From NCBI GenBank assembly GCA_016708565.1, contig JADJFN010000037.1, positions 1 through 64,000 of the forward strand: a stretch of DNA of 64,000 bases, read 5' to 3'. Position numbers and translations under genes: made by a program. Positions within the stretch are counted from its first letter, which is position 1, and each line of letters starts with the position of its first letter. Positions 9,232 through 18,784 of the stretch are shown piece by piece. The notes below the pieces were generated by a model. The model was not told the DNA's origin and did not search any database. It worked only from the letters and a program-made list of their open reading frames with translations. The DNA is from Myxococcales bacterium. Lineage in GTDB: Bacteria > Myxococcota_A > Polyangia > Haliangiales > Haliangiaceae.

Positions 9232-12200
9232 GACGCCGCTCCCAGGCTCTCGAGGTCCCGGATGACCTCGCTCACGACGACCGCGGGCAGCGACCCGAGC
9301 GGCACCGCGTCCGCGCGGATCTCGCCCCACTCGCGACGGCTGGCGGCGACGTCGACGGTCTCGAGCGTCTGCACCGGGTCGACGTAGTCCATGCCGCCGG
9401 CGTTGAGCCCGTCGTGCATGCTGATCGCGGCCGACAGCCCGCCCTCGAGCGGCTTGTACAGGTTGTAGATGCCGCCGGCGTCCTGGGCCGGGCCCTTGAA
9501 CCAGCCGCGGCTGAGCAGGCCGAGCAGCTTCTTGGTCTCGACCTTCTTGCCGTCGTAGCGCGTGAGCGCGTTGGCCGCGCGCTCGGCGTCGTTCAGCCGG
9601 AACACCTCACGACCGAGCTGCGCGAACGGCACCTCGAGCTCGTAGTCGCCGAACACCCGGGTCCAGGCTTGCTCGTCGGCTTCGGTCAGGTGCAGGCGGT
9701 GGGCGATGCCGACCCGGGCGTCGTCGGTCATCGCGAACGCGTCGTCGTGGCGGTCGGCGTAGCTGCGATCCTCGGCGACGCGGAAGGTCGTCGTCGGTTG
9801 GTCGCCGTCGTAGACCGCCCACACCAGCCGCTTGACCACGTGGAAGAGCAGCGGGTGCTCGACGAAGAACGCCCGGAACTCCTCGCCTGACCAGCGCCGC
9901 GCGTTGCCCATCGCCAGCTCCAGCCGCGTCAGCTGGATCGACGCCACCGCGCGGGCGTCCTTCTTCATCGCCTTCCAGGTGTCGGTGGCCTCGGCGGCCA
10001 GCGCCGCGTCGTCCTTGCTGTTGGGCTTGGGCAGGTCCTTCAGGCGGGTGCCGGCGGCGTCCATCACGAACGGGGCCAGCGTCTCGTCGAAGCCGACCCG
10101 GAACGAGCGCGGGCCGAAGTCGAGGGTCTTCGAGCCGTCGTCCTCGAGGTCGAGGTCGGGCACCAGCCGATCCGCGAGCTGCTCGGCGGTGATGCCGCGG
10201 GTCTGGGCGATCTCGTGCATCTTCTCCCGCGCGCGCTCCTGCAGGCCCTTGAACTTCAGCTTCTGGGCGATGCCGTTGAGCATCATCAGCGCGACGTCCG
10301 AGCCGATCTGCCCGAGCACGTCGAGGCCCAGCGTCGCGCGCGCGTGCTGCGACTCGCCTGGCCAGGCGCGGATCAGCGGCGTCAACCGGCGCGCGGTCTC
10401 GTCGTTGCCGAGCGCGCCCAGCCCGGTGAACGCCCACTTCTCCTTGGGCGGTGCCCCGCCTTGCAGCCACAGCTGGAACAGCTCCCAGCCGAACTGCGCC
10501 AGCGCCTTGCGATCGGCGGCGTCGCGCAGCTCGCGCAGGCCGGCGGCGTCATCGGCGCGCAGCGCCACCACCAGCGCGCCCAGGTGCGGCGACGGCACGG
10601 CCTTGCCGCTGGCCAGCATCAGCGGCGGCAAGAGCTCGACGTTCCAGAACTCGGGGAACTTGGTCTTGGCCGGCGCTGGCGCCCGCAGCGCCGCGGGCAG
10701 CGCCGCCGGATCGGCGTAGTCGACCTGGGCCGGCCCCGTCACCAGGCGCTCGAGCTGTGGGATCAGCTCGCGGGCCCAGGCGGCCTTGCCGTGGGCGCGC
10801 ACCAGCGGCAGGGCGGCGTGCGGATCAGCGAGCAGGCATTCGCGGGCGATCGGCCGCGCGTCCTCGTCGCGCGACACCTGGCGATCACCGACCGCGATGA
10901 ACACCGCGACCGCGGTCGCCTGCACCTCGGCGTGGCCGCTGATCGAGCGCATCACCTCGAGCGCGCGGCGCAGCTCGGCGACCTGCTGGCCCAGGTAGTA
11001 CTGCGCGTTGTCCAGGTGCCGGGCCACTTGCACGATGCGCGCCGTCAGCGGCGTCACCGCGTCGGCGCCGAACCGGGCCAGCAGCGACGCGTCGATGCCG
11101 GGGCTGGCGTAGCCGTGCCACCGCGCGACGTGCTCGGGCTGGCGGTCGAAGGTGCGCGCGTCGTCGGCGCTGAGCCCGCCCAGGTACGCGGCCACGTCGT
11201 CGGGCCGGCTCGCCGCCAGGATCGCGTGCGGCGACAGGACTGCGCGCTCGCGGTTGGCGCGCGCGTCGGCCAGGTCCTGGTCGATCCACGCCGGGATCAG
11301 CAGCGCCGAGGCCAGCGCCGACCGGACGATCGGCGAGCCGGTGGCGCGCAGCGCCTCGGCCCGGGCCCGAGCCTCGGCCTGCCCGGCGGCGTCGAGGCGC
11401 AGCCAGTGGCCGTGCAGGACCAGGTCGCTGCGGTGGTGCAGGTAGCTCTCCAGCGACCGGTCGGGCACCGGCAGGAGCCGCCGCGCCTCGCGCTCGTCGA
11501 CCAGCTCCCGGTCGCCCTGCGTCGCGGCGAACACCTCGAGCGCGAAGCCCAGCCCGCCCAGCGCCACCAGCAGGTCGATCACGCGCGCGTGGGCGTCGGT
11601 GGCGCGGTACTGCGGCACGCCGACCAGCTGCAGGATCGCCGCCGCGGTCTCGACGTCGGGGCGGCGCAGCGGCCCGTCGCTGCCGAGCGCCGTCACCACG
11701 CGCTGCGCGAGGTCGCGCGACGTCGCGTCGCCGCCTTGCAGGCCGGCGGCGATCGCCGCCTTGGCGTCGCGGTAGCCGGCGCGGACCGGCTGCGATGCCG
11801 CCGACACCGACGGGCATGGCCGCGGCGCGATCACCAGCTCGCGCTGCTCGTGCGCCAGGTGCCGCTTGGCCACGTCGGTCCAGGCGACGGCGACCGCGCC
11901 GGTAGTGCGCGGCGCGGCGGCCGGCGGCGCGGGTGTGGCCGGGGAGGGCGCTGGCGGCGCGGCCTTGGCGGGCGGCGCGGCCTTGGCGGGCGGTGCGGCC
12001 TTGGCGGGCGGCGTTGCCGGGGTCACCCGCGGCGTCGCGCCGACCGGCGCCGGGGTCGCGCCGCCGCCGACCAGCGCGTACCCCTTCTTCACCTTCTCGG
12101 CGATCAGCTTGTCGTACTCCTGCCGCGCCTTGTCGTCCGACGGGAACGCCTTGGTCGTCGCCTGGCCGGCGGTGCCGATCTTGCCCCACGTGGTCGTGAA

Positions 12201-12269
12201 GCTCGATCCGCTCAGCTGGATGTCCCAGAACTTGTTCGACGTCCCCTCCGAGAACTCGTAGCGCGGCAT
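9228..12269 (-). CDS. WGR domain + DUF4132 protein (first gene of operon)
   Basis: N-terminus MPRYEFSEGTSNKFWDIQL...TTWGKIGTAGQ...KLIAEKVKKGY is a WGR domain. PAKAAPPAKAAP linker. C-terminal region resembles DUF4132 (WFKGPAQDAGGIYNLYKPLEGG). Confidence 0.8.
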   Translation of the reverse strand: MPRYEFSEGTSNKFWDIQLSGSSFTTTWGKIGTAGQATTKAFPSDDKARQEYDKLIAEKVKKGYALVGGGATPAPVGATPRVTPATPPAKAAPPAKAAPPAKAAPPAPSPATPAPPAAAPRTTGAVAVAWTDVAKRHLAHEQRELVIAPRPCPSVSAASQPVRAGYRDAKAAIAAGLQGGDATSRDLAQRVVTALGSDGPLRRPDVETAAAILQLVGVPQYRATDAHARVIDLLVALGGLGFALEVFAATQGDRELVDEREARRLLPVPDRSLESYLHHRSDLVLHGHWLRLDAAGQAEARARAEALRATGSPIVRSALASALLIPAWIDQDLADARANRERAVLSPHAILAASRPDDVAAYLGGLSADDARTFDRQPEHVARWHGYASPGIDASLLARFGADAVTPLTARIVQVARHLDNAQYYLGQQVAELRRALEVMRSISGHAEVQATAVAVFIAVGDRQVSRDEDARPIARECLLADPHAALPLVRAHGKAAWARELIPQLERLVTGPAQVDYADPAALPAALRAPAPAKTKFPEFWNVELLPPLMLASGKAVPSPHLGALVVALRADDAAGLRELRDAADRKALAQFGWELFQLWLQGGAPPKEKWAFTGLGALGNDETARRLTPLIRAWPGESQHARATLGLDVLGQIGSDVALMMLNGIAQKLKFKGLQERAREKMHEIAQTRGITAEQLADRLVPDLDLEDDGSKTLDFGPRSFRVGFDETLAPFVMDAAGTRLKDLPKPNSKDDAALAAEATDTWKAMKKDARAVASIQLTRLELAMGNARRWSGEEFRAFFVEHPLLFHVVKRLVWAVYDGDQPTTTFRVAEDRSYADRHDDAFAMTDDARVGIAHRLHLTEADEQAWTRVFGDYELEVPFAQLGREVFRLNDAERAANALTRYDGKKVETKKLLGLLSRGWFKGPAQDAGGIYNLYKPLEGGLSAAISMHDGLNAGGMDYVDPVQTLETVDVAASRREWGEIRADAVPLGSLPAVVVSEVIRDLESLGAAS

Positions 12270-12335
12270 CGGTCCGACGGTACCGAACGCCCGCGCGGCC
12301 AGCAATCGCCGGGCCGCGCCGTCACGTGCCCGCGG

Positions 12336-14834
12336 TCACGGCGTCAGCTGCGCGGGGTCGCCGTTGGCGCCGGCGCTGCGGTGCTTGACCTTGTCGAGCA
12401 GGCCGGCCAGCGGCGTGCCGGCGAAGACCTTGTCGATCACGTCGACGACGGTCTTGCCGCCGACGAAGGCCTGCACGCTCATGGCCTCGGCGACCTTGGC
12501 CAGGGTCTCGCGCGACGACAGCGCCAGCAGCGCCTCGCTGAAGCCGCCCTGGGCCGCGCCGAACCGCTTGACCACCGCGTCGACCTCGGCGGCGAGCGCC
12601 TCGAGCGCCAGCACCTGGCGGGCGCGGGTGGCGGCCACCGATGCCTCCTCGGTGGCGCGCTGCCGCGCCAGGGCCGCCTGGTGGTCGACGTCGACCGCGG
12701 CGTTGTGCGCCACCGCGGTGGCCTGGCGGGCCTTGGCCTCGTCGAGCTCGCCGTGGATCTGCGCCAGCGCCATGCGCATCCGCGCGCCGACCTGCTCGAT
12801 CTCCAGCTCGGTCAGCTTGCGCTTGGTCTCGGCCTGGGCGTCGGCGGTCTCGCGCGCGATCTGCTCCTGGCGGCGGGTCACGTCGAGGCCGCGCTGCGCG
12901 CGCAAGAGCGTGATGTTCGACTGCACCGCCTCGTGCTGCGCGTGGTTGAGCAGCTCGGCGATCGCGTCGTCGTCGATCGCGACCTCGAGGATCTCGACGT
13001 CGGTGATGCGCATGCCGTTCTCGGCGAAGCGCATGCCGGTGCGGGCGCCGCCGTCGCCGGCCTTGCCCAGCATCGTGTCGCGGATGATCTCGACCGACGC
13101 GCCGTAGAACGCCTCGATCGACACCTTCTTGATCGCGCCCTTCAGCACGCTGCGGACGTGGTCGCACAGGAACTTCACGTAGTTCTCGACCTCGAACCAC
13201 CGCGCCGGCTCGCCCTCGAAGTTGACCCGCATCGAGTACTCGAGCGTGACCGTGACGTGATCGGACGTCTCGACCACGCAGATGTCGCCGACCTTGTTGT
13301 TGAGCACCCGCAGGAACACCGTCTCGATCAGCTTGTCGGTGGTCTTGGGCTTGCCGGTCGACAGCTGGATCACCTCGAGCGTCTCGTCGTAGCCGAGCAG
13401 CAGGTTGATCGGCCCTTGCTCGACGCGGCGACCGCCTTGCTTGTCGACCACCATCACCGCGTAGCCGACCCAGGTGTTGACCGACGGCACGCCCTGGAAG
13501 CGGGTGTCGAGCACGACGGTGCGCGGCTGGGTGAACTGGTTGGCGCGGTCGAGCACGTCGCCGGCCAGCGCCGCCGACGCCGCCGGTGCGCCCGCCACCT
13601 GCTGCGCCGCCGGGGCCTTCTTCTGCTGGCGCTGGATCTCGCTCTCGGACACCACGCCGGCGCGCCCGGCCGGCGCCGCGCTCTCGAGCTGGCGCAGCGA
13701 GCGGTTGTAGCCGAGCACGGCGTCGTTGCCGGGGTACCAGGTCTGGCACTCGCGGTCGGTCAGCACCCGGCGCACGATCACGTCGTCGACCGGGTTGGGC
13801 AGGAGCATCGCCGGGCCCCGCACCATGCGGATCTCGCCGGTCTTGCGGTTCATCACGTAGCGGGCCTCGCCGGCCGGCACCGCCACCGCGAAGTGCTTGT
13901 CGCGCCCGTCGTAGCGGACGATCGAGTGCTCCTCGCGCGGGAAGTAGATCGCGGTCTCCTTGCCGGTGAGGAAGAACTCGTCGCCCTCGCGGTGGCTCTT
14001 GCCGCCCTCGGCGTAGGGCGCGATCACCTTGACGTGCAGGCCCTGGATCTCGTTGAGCTCGATGGCCTTGAACTTGCGGTGGCCGTCCATCGCGATGAAG
14101 GTCTCGGTCGGTTCGGGGAACACCACCTGCGGGCCGCGCTCGTAGCGCTTCTTGCCGTTCTGCTCGACGAGGATGCAGTACTCGAGGCGCTCGAGCGTCA
14201 GCGCGTCGCGGACGTAGCTGCCGTGCTCGTCGGGCACCACGCCGACGCCGGTCGGCGGGATGTAGAACGACACGTCGGTGCCCTTGATGATGAACAGCTT
14301 GCCGACGGTGAGCTCGGCCGGCGCGCGGGTGATCGGCTGGGTCGGGTCGGCGCCCTCGGCCGACGCCGGCTTGATCACCGCCTGGCCCCAGTGCTTGCGC
14401 GCCTCGTCCTCGTTGTAGACGCGGACCAGCAGGTACTGGTTCGAGCGCAGGTGGTGGCCGGGCACCAGCTTGACCATCTGCCCCGGCCACAGCGGGAACG
14501 AGCACGGGCCGGTGATGTTGATCTTGCGGCCGACCTCGAGATCCGGCGACGGGAACACGCCGCCTGGCGGCGGGTGGTCGTTCTTCGCCGACGGGTTCTT
14601 GAGCACGACGTAGTAGCCCTCGGGGGCGATCGCGATCTGCTGCACCGCCTGCTCGAGCCCGCATGGCTCGAAGCGCTTGTTCTCGGGGTTGAACACCACC
14701 GGCCGCTCCTGCGCGGTCGGGTTGATCACCGTCGGGCCGGTGTAGGTCTTGATGACGCCCTTGGTGACGTCCTGCATGTAGGCGTACTCGCTCGGCGCGA
14801 GCACGAGATCGCGCTTCTGGTTGCGCTCGTCCAT
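12336..14834 (-). CDS. Major vault protein (MVP) homolog
   Basis: Start MDERNQKRDLVLAPSEYAYMQDVTKGVIKTYTGPTV aligns to the human MVP N-terminus ([26 protein letters not shown]). Repeated MVP-repeat units. The shoulder region aligns well (LSTGKPKTTDKLIETVFLRV...ETSDHVTVTLEYSMRVNFE vs human [20 protein letters not shown]...ETADHARLQLQLAYNWHFE). SPFH-like and coiled-coil cap-helix C-terminus. Confidence 0.85.
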   Translation of the reverse strand: MDERNQKRDLVLAPSEYAYMQDVTKGVIKTYTGPTVINPTAQERPVVFNPENKRFEPCGLEQAVQQIAIAPEGYYVVLKNPSAKNDHPPPGGVFPSPDLEVGRKINITGPCSFPLWPGQMVKLVPGHHLRSNQYLLVRVYNEDEARKHWGQAVIKPASAEGADPTQPITRAPAELTVGKLFIIKGTDVSFYIPPTGVGVVPDEHGSYVRDALTLERLEYCILVEQNGKKRYERGPQVVFPEPTETFIAMDGHRKFKAIELNEIQGLHVKVIAPYAEGGKSHREGDEFFLTGKETAIYFPREEHSIVRYDGRDKHFAVAVPAGEARYVMNRKTGEIRMVRGPAMLLPNPVDDVIVRRVLTDRECQTWYPGNDAVLGYNRSLRQLESAAPAGRAGVVSESEIQRQQKKAPAAQQVAGAPAASAALAGDVLDRANQFTQPRTVVLDTRFQGVPSVNTWVGYAVMVVDKQGGRRVEQGPINLLLGYDETLEVIQLSTGKPKTTDKLIETVFLRVLNNKVGDICVVETSDHVTVTLEYSMRVNFEGEPARWFEVENYVKFLCDHVRSVLKGAIKKVSIEAFYGASVEIIRDTMLGKAGDGGARTGMRFAENGMRITDVEILEVAIDDDAIAELLNHAQHEAVQSNITLLRAQRGLDVTRRQEQIARETADAQAETKRKLTELEIEQVGARMRMALAQIHGELDEAKARQATAVAHNAAVDVDHQAALARQRATEEASVAATRARQVLALEALAAEVDAVVKRFGAAQGGFSEALLALSSRETLAKVAEAMSVQAFVGGKTVVDVIDKVFAGTPLAGLLDKVKHRSAGANGDPAQLTP

Positions 14835-15045
14835 GAAGTCCCCCGTGGTGGTGTCGACATCGTCGACGGAAAGCGGTCTGCCGCCACTGTCCCCGGGAGC
14901 GGCGTCCGGTGCAACCGCCCCGCCCCTGCGATGCCAGGCGGCGGCGCTTCGTCGCAGGCGCGGCGCGGTTGCATTATGGTGTCCAATGTACACCATGAAC
15001 ACGAGCGCGCAAGGGGCCCCCGTTCGGCGACGAACCTCCTGCGAT

Positions 15046-16113
15046 TCAGCGCTCGACGATCGGCCGGGCGTTCTCGGGCAGGTCGAACATGCCGACCGCC
15101 ATCGCCGCGTCGCCGACCCGGCCGGTGACCACGCCGCAGAAGGTGCCGGTGTCGCGCTTGACCAGCGTGCCGGTGCTGCCGACCGCGACGAAGCGCAGCG
15201 TGTCGCCGTCGGCGGTGACCAGCGCGCCCGCGTAGACCGGCCGCTGGTCCAGATCGCTGCGCGCGATGTCGAGCAGCCGGCCGGTGACGCACATCCGCTT
15301 GCCGCGCTCGGCCGCGCCGTCCTTGAGCGCCAGCGGCAGCGAGGTCGCGGGCTCGGCGACGTGGAAGTCGGCCCAGGCCGCGCGGCCGCTGGCGTAGCGC
15401 GCGAGCAGCCACGCGCCGTCGGCGACCGCGCCCTCGTCGAGCCGATCGCGGATCACCGCGGCGGCCGCGGCCAGGCTCGGCGCGGTCAGCACCGCCTCCT
15501 CGAGCGGCGGCGGGGCGTCGATGACGTCGGCGTCGATCGCCGGCTCGTCCGGCTCGCTGGCGGCGATCGCCACCACCGGCGCGGGCGGCGGCGGCGGGCT
15601 GGGCCGCGGCGTGCGCTCGGGCGTGAGCGCGACCCACACCGCGATGCCGACGGGCACCGACGCGATCGCCGCCACGCCCACCAGCTGCGCGCGTCGCCGC
15701 GGCGGCGATGACGAGGGCTTCGCCGCGGGCTTGGCGGCGCTGGACTTCGCCGCGGCGCCGCGTCGGCCGGGCTCCTGCCGGCGCCGCAGGCTCGCGTCGG
15801 TGCGCCGCGGCCCCTCGACGGTCAGTGTCCGCCCCAGCGCGACGCCGAGGCCGTCGATCACCCGGCCCCACTGGTAGTCGTTGGGCTCGTCGTCGCCCGC
15901 GCCCAGCCGGTCGCGCACCACGCCAGCGGCGTCGACCGTGCACCGCCCGATCTGCTCCAGGCCGCGCCGGCCGAGCGCGAACACGGCGACCGCGCCGTCG
16001 GCACAGGTCACCGACCAGGTGAACGCGTCGCGCAGCCGCCCGGCCTCGGCGCTCGGGCGCACGTCACGCACCATGCCGCTGGTCAGGTCCAGCTCGAACG
16101 CGACCTGGGTCAC
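15046..16113 (-). CDS. Single-pass membrane hypothetical protein (upstream of MVP gene, same strand)
   Basis: About 115-aa cytoplasmic N-domain, K/A/P-rich linker, TM segment LVGVAAIASVPVGIAVWVAL, Pro-rich spacer, about 190-aa C-terminal domain. No known motif. Confidence 0.5.
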   Translation of the reverse strand: MTQVAFELDLTSGMVRDVRPSAEAGRLRDAFTWSVTCADGAVAVFALGRRGLEQIGRCTVDAAGVVRDRLGAGDDEPNDYQWGRVIDGLGVALGRTLTVEGPRRTDASLRRRQEPGRRGAAAKSSAAKPAAKPSSSPPRRRAQLVGVAAIASVPVGIAVWVALTPERTPRPSPPPPPAPVVAIAASEPDEPAIDADVIDAPPPLEEAVLTAPSLAAAAAVIRDRLDEGAVADGAWLLARYASGRAAWADFHVAEPATSLPLALKDGAAERGKRMCVTGRLLDIARSDLDQRPVYAGALVTADGDTLRFVAVGSTGTLVKRDTGTFCGVVTGRVGDAAMAVGMFDLPENARPIVER

Positions 16114-16185
16114 CGCCCGATGCTACACGACGGAACCCGCGCCTGAGCCGCCCTCCGCGGCCGCGCCGCCGCTACCGTGCGCGCC

Positions 16186-16569
16186 ATGCGCTACCCGTTC
16201 CTGTCCGACGCGTGGTTCACCCAGGTCGACGCGCTGATCGCCGCCGCCGGTGACCTCGACCTGCCGCCGGCGATCAAGGCGGCCAAGATCAACGTGACGA
16301 TCGCCACCGCCGCCGGCGACACCCAGGTGTTCCTGCAGGACGGCGTGTTCGTCCGCGGCCACCAGCCCGCCACCACCGCGATCACGCTGGGCGCCGACCT
16401 GGCCCGCAAGATCTTCGTCGACGCCGACGCCGCGGCGGGCATCGCCGCGTTCCTGGCCGGTGAGATCAAGGTCGACGGCGACCTGGCCCAGCTGGTCGCG
16501 ATGCAGACCGTCGAGCCCAGCCCCGCGCAGCTCCGGCTGACCCAGCAGATCGCCGCGATCACCGCGTAG
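16186..16569 (+). CDS. SCP2 sterol-binding domain protein
   Basis: MRYPFLSDAWF...; SCP2-like pattern (INVTIATAAGD...FLQDGVFV...GADLARKIF...FLAGEIKVDGDLAQL). Confidence 0.6.
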   Translation: MRYPFLSDAWFTQVDALIAAAGDLDLPPAIKAAKINVTIATAAGDTQVFLQDGVFVRGHQPATTAITLGADLARKIFVDADAAAGIAAFLAGEIKVDGDLAQLVAMQTVEPSPAQLRLTQQIAAITA

Positions 16570-16590
16570 CGCGAGCCGCCGCGCGTCGAT

Positions 16591-17589
16591 TCACCGCCAG
16601 CCACCGAAGCCGCCGCCGCCGGGCGACACCGTCACCGGCCGCACCGGGATCGTGACGCTGGTCGAGCCGGCGATGTTCTGGACCGTCAGCGTCGCGTCGT
16701 AGCTCGCGTACCAGGCGCGGCAGGTGGTCGGCATCGTGAACGCGAAGGTGGTGGCGCTGGTCGTCGTGAGCGACACCGTCTGCGACGCGCAGCCGGGGAC
16801 GTCGAGCCGGGCGCTCGCGCTGTCGGGCGCGGTGTACGCGTCGCGGAAGGCCAGCGTCACGGTGCTGGGCACCGAGGTCACCTGCGCCGGCGTCATCGTC
16901 GACAGCACCGGGCGATCGATGAGGTCGACGCCCACCGCGCCCCAGCCGTAGCGGTTGCGGATCCACAGCGTGTAGTGCCCGGCGATGTTGTCGCGGACCC
17001 ACAGGTCGATGATGCCCTCGTAGGCGTTCATGTAGCCGACCGAGGTGCTCAGCCCCCAGAACGTCGTGTACTCGTAGTTGTCGAGGTTGTCGGCGCGCAC
17101 CCGCATCAAGCGGCGGAAGTCGGTCGACGGCACCGACGGATCGATCACCGGGTGGCGGTACGACGGATCGCGGAAGCGCGGCACCGCGGCGATCGGATCG
17201 CGCACCGGGATGGTCCACGACGCGCAGCTCTCGCCCCGCGGGCACACCGCGAGGATCAGGTTGCCGCCGTGGCGCAGCGGCGGCACCTGGAAGCCCATGC
17301 TCGAGGAGCTCCAGCCGGCGGTGCTCAGCCATCCGTCACCGGCGACGTGCCAGGCGCCGTCCCACAGCGCGTAGCGGGTGACGTCGGCGGCGAGCGTATA
17401 GCCGGTGGTCGTCGGCAGCGACAGGTTGGACCCATAGACGGTGATGGTCTGGTAGCTGCCGGGGCCGTCGGGGTAGGCGACCAGGCCGCGGGGCGAGCTG
17501 TCGGTGATGACCGGCGGCGCGGCGTGGGCGACGGCGGGGAGGGCGGCGGCCGCGGTGGCCACCAGCAGGGCGAGGGTGAGCTGCTTCAT
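16591..17589 (-). CDS. Secreted hypothetical protein
   Basis: Signal peptide [23 protein letters not shown]. Start trimmed from the track ORF, whose N-terminus is a GC-rich shadow. Trp/Tyr-rich beta-type sequence. Confidence 0.6.
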   Translation of the reverse strand: MKQLTLALLVATAAAALPAVAHAAPPVITDSSPRGLVAYPDGPGSYQTITVYGSNLSLPTTTGYTLAADVTRYALWDGAWHVAGDGWLSTAGWSSSSMGFQVPPLRHGGNLILAVCPRGESCASWTIPVRDPIAAVPRFRDPSYRHPVIDPSVPSTDFRRLMRVRADNLDNYEYTTFWGLSTSVGYMNAYEGIIDLWVRDNIAGHYTLWIRNRYGWGAVGVDLIDRPVLSTMTPAQVTSVPSTVTLAFRDAYTAPDSASARLDVPGCASQTVSLTTTSATTFAFTMPTTCRAWYASYDATLTVQNIAGSTSVTIPVRPVTVSPGGGGFGGWR

Positions 17590-17630
17590 GCCCCGGTCGA
17601 GCCCGCCCAGCGGGGATGTGAGCGTGGGCG

Positions 17631-17942
17631 CTACACCAATTCGATCCACACGTCGCCGTCGATCACCCGGGCCCGGTAGCGGCGCAGCGTGAGCGACCGA
17701 TCGTGGCGGCAGGCGCCGGTGCGCAGGTCGAAGACGTAGCCGTGGCCGGGGCAGGTCAGGCAGCCGTCGGCGACCTCGCCGCCGTCGAGGCCGACGTCCT
17801 CGTGCGGGCAGACGCCCGCGGTGGCGACCACCTCGCCGGCGATCACCCCGGCCATCACTGGCCAGGTCACGCCGGCGACGGTGAACGCGCGCAGGTCGTC
17901 GATCGGCAGCTCGGCCAGCGCGCCCAGCCGCACCCGCAGCAC
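17631..17942 (-). CDS. Rieske [2Fe-2S] ferredoxin-like protein
   Basis: CPHEDVGL ... [11 protein letters not shown] Rieske boxes. GTG start overlaps the TAG stop of the upstream permease gene by 1 nt. Confidence 0.6.
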   Translation of the reverse strand: MLRVRLGALAELPIDDLRAFTVAGVTWPVMAGVIAGEVVATAGVCPHEDVGLDGGEVADGCLTCPGHGYVFDLRTGACRHDRSLTLRRYRARVIDGDVWIELV

Positions 17943-18784
17943 TAGGCGCGCCCCCGCTGGCGCGGATCGAGCCGATCGCGCAGGCCGTCGCCGAGCAGGT
18001 TGGCGGCCAGCACCACCCACGCGATCGCCGCGCCGGCGGCCAGCGCGTAGTGGCGGAAGCCCGGCTTCCACAGGAACGACGTGCCCTGCTCGAGCATCGC
18101 GCCCCAGGTGTGATCGACCTGCGGCCCGAGGCCAAGGAACGACAGCGACGCCTCGGCGGCGATCACGTTGCCGAAGGAGAGCGACACCTGCACCAGGATC
18201 GGCGCGATCAGGTTGGGCGCGATGTGGCGGAACAAGATCCGCGGCGTCGACGCGCCCAGCGCCCGCGCCGCCATGACGTAGTCGCGCTCGCGCAGGGACA
18301 GCACCTGGCCGCGGGCGACCCGTGCGTAGCCGACCCAGCCGTTGGCGCACAGCGCCGCGATGAACAGCGGCAGCCCCGGCCGCGCCACCACCGCGACGAT
18401 CGCGATGTTGAGGAGCAGGCCGGGGAACGCCAGGAAGATGTCGACGACCCGCATGATCGCCTCGTCGACGAAGCCGCGCGCGTAGCCGGCGACCATGCCG
18501 ATGGTCACGCCGATCGTCGCGCTGATGCCGACCACGATCGTCGACAGCAGCAGCGCCTCGCGGGCGCCGTGCAGCAGCTGCGACAGCGTGTCGACGCCGC
18601 TCTTGTCGGTGCCCAGCCAGTGCGACCACGACATCGGCGCGTACATGTGATCGAGGTCCATCGCGCGCGTGCCCACCGGGTACGGCGCGATCAGCGGGCC
18701 GAACACGCCGAGCAGCACGAACACCGCGACCATGATCGCGCCGACCCAGACGCTGGGTGACCACCGCCCCGGCTGCCACGCCCT
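17942..18784 (-). CDS. ABC transporter permease, DppC/OppC-like
   Basis: BPD_transp_1 signature region ([28 protein letters not shown]); 6 TM pattern. Confidence 0.85.
   Translation of the reverse strand, partial: RAWQPGRWSPSVWVGAIMVAVFVLLGVFGPLIAPYPVGTRAMDLDHMYAPMSWSHWLGTDKSGVDTLSQLLHGAREALLLSTIVVGISATIGVTIGMVAGYARGFVDEAIMRVVDIFLAFPGLLLNIAIVAVVARPGLPLFIAALCANGWVGYARVARGQVLSLRERDYVMAARALGASTPRILFRHIAPNLIAPILVQVSLSFGNVIAAEASLSFLGLGPQVDHTWGAMLEQGTSFLWKPGFRHYALAAGAAIAWVVLAANLLGDGLRDRLDPRQRGRA

Noticed and set aside
8092-9330. Track start (M at 9330) for the MoxR ATPase, and the 1014-aa form of DUF5682 (to 8818)
   Set aside because: Both N-terminal extensions are Arg-rich and overlap the upstream genes. 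Overlapping GTGA/ATG coupling starts at 9231 and 8089 give sensibly sized proteins with recognisable N-termini.
10215-15128. 1637-aa plus-strand ORF
   Set aside because: Low-complexity RAGD-rich translation antisense to the MVP and WGR-DUF4132 genes; typical GC-rich open frame.
15046-16113. FHA domain in the N-terminus of the membrane protein upstream of MVP
   Set aside because: No G-R...S-R-x-H...NG signature; left as a hypothetical membrane protein.
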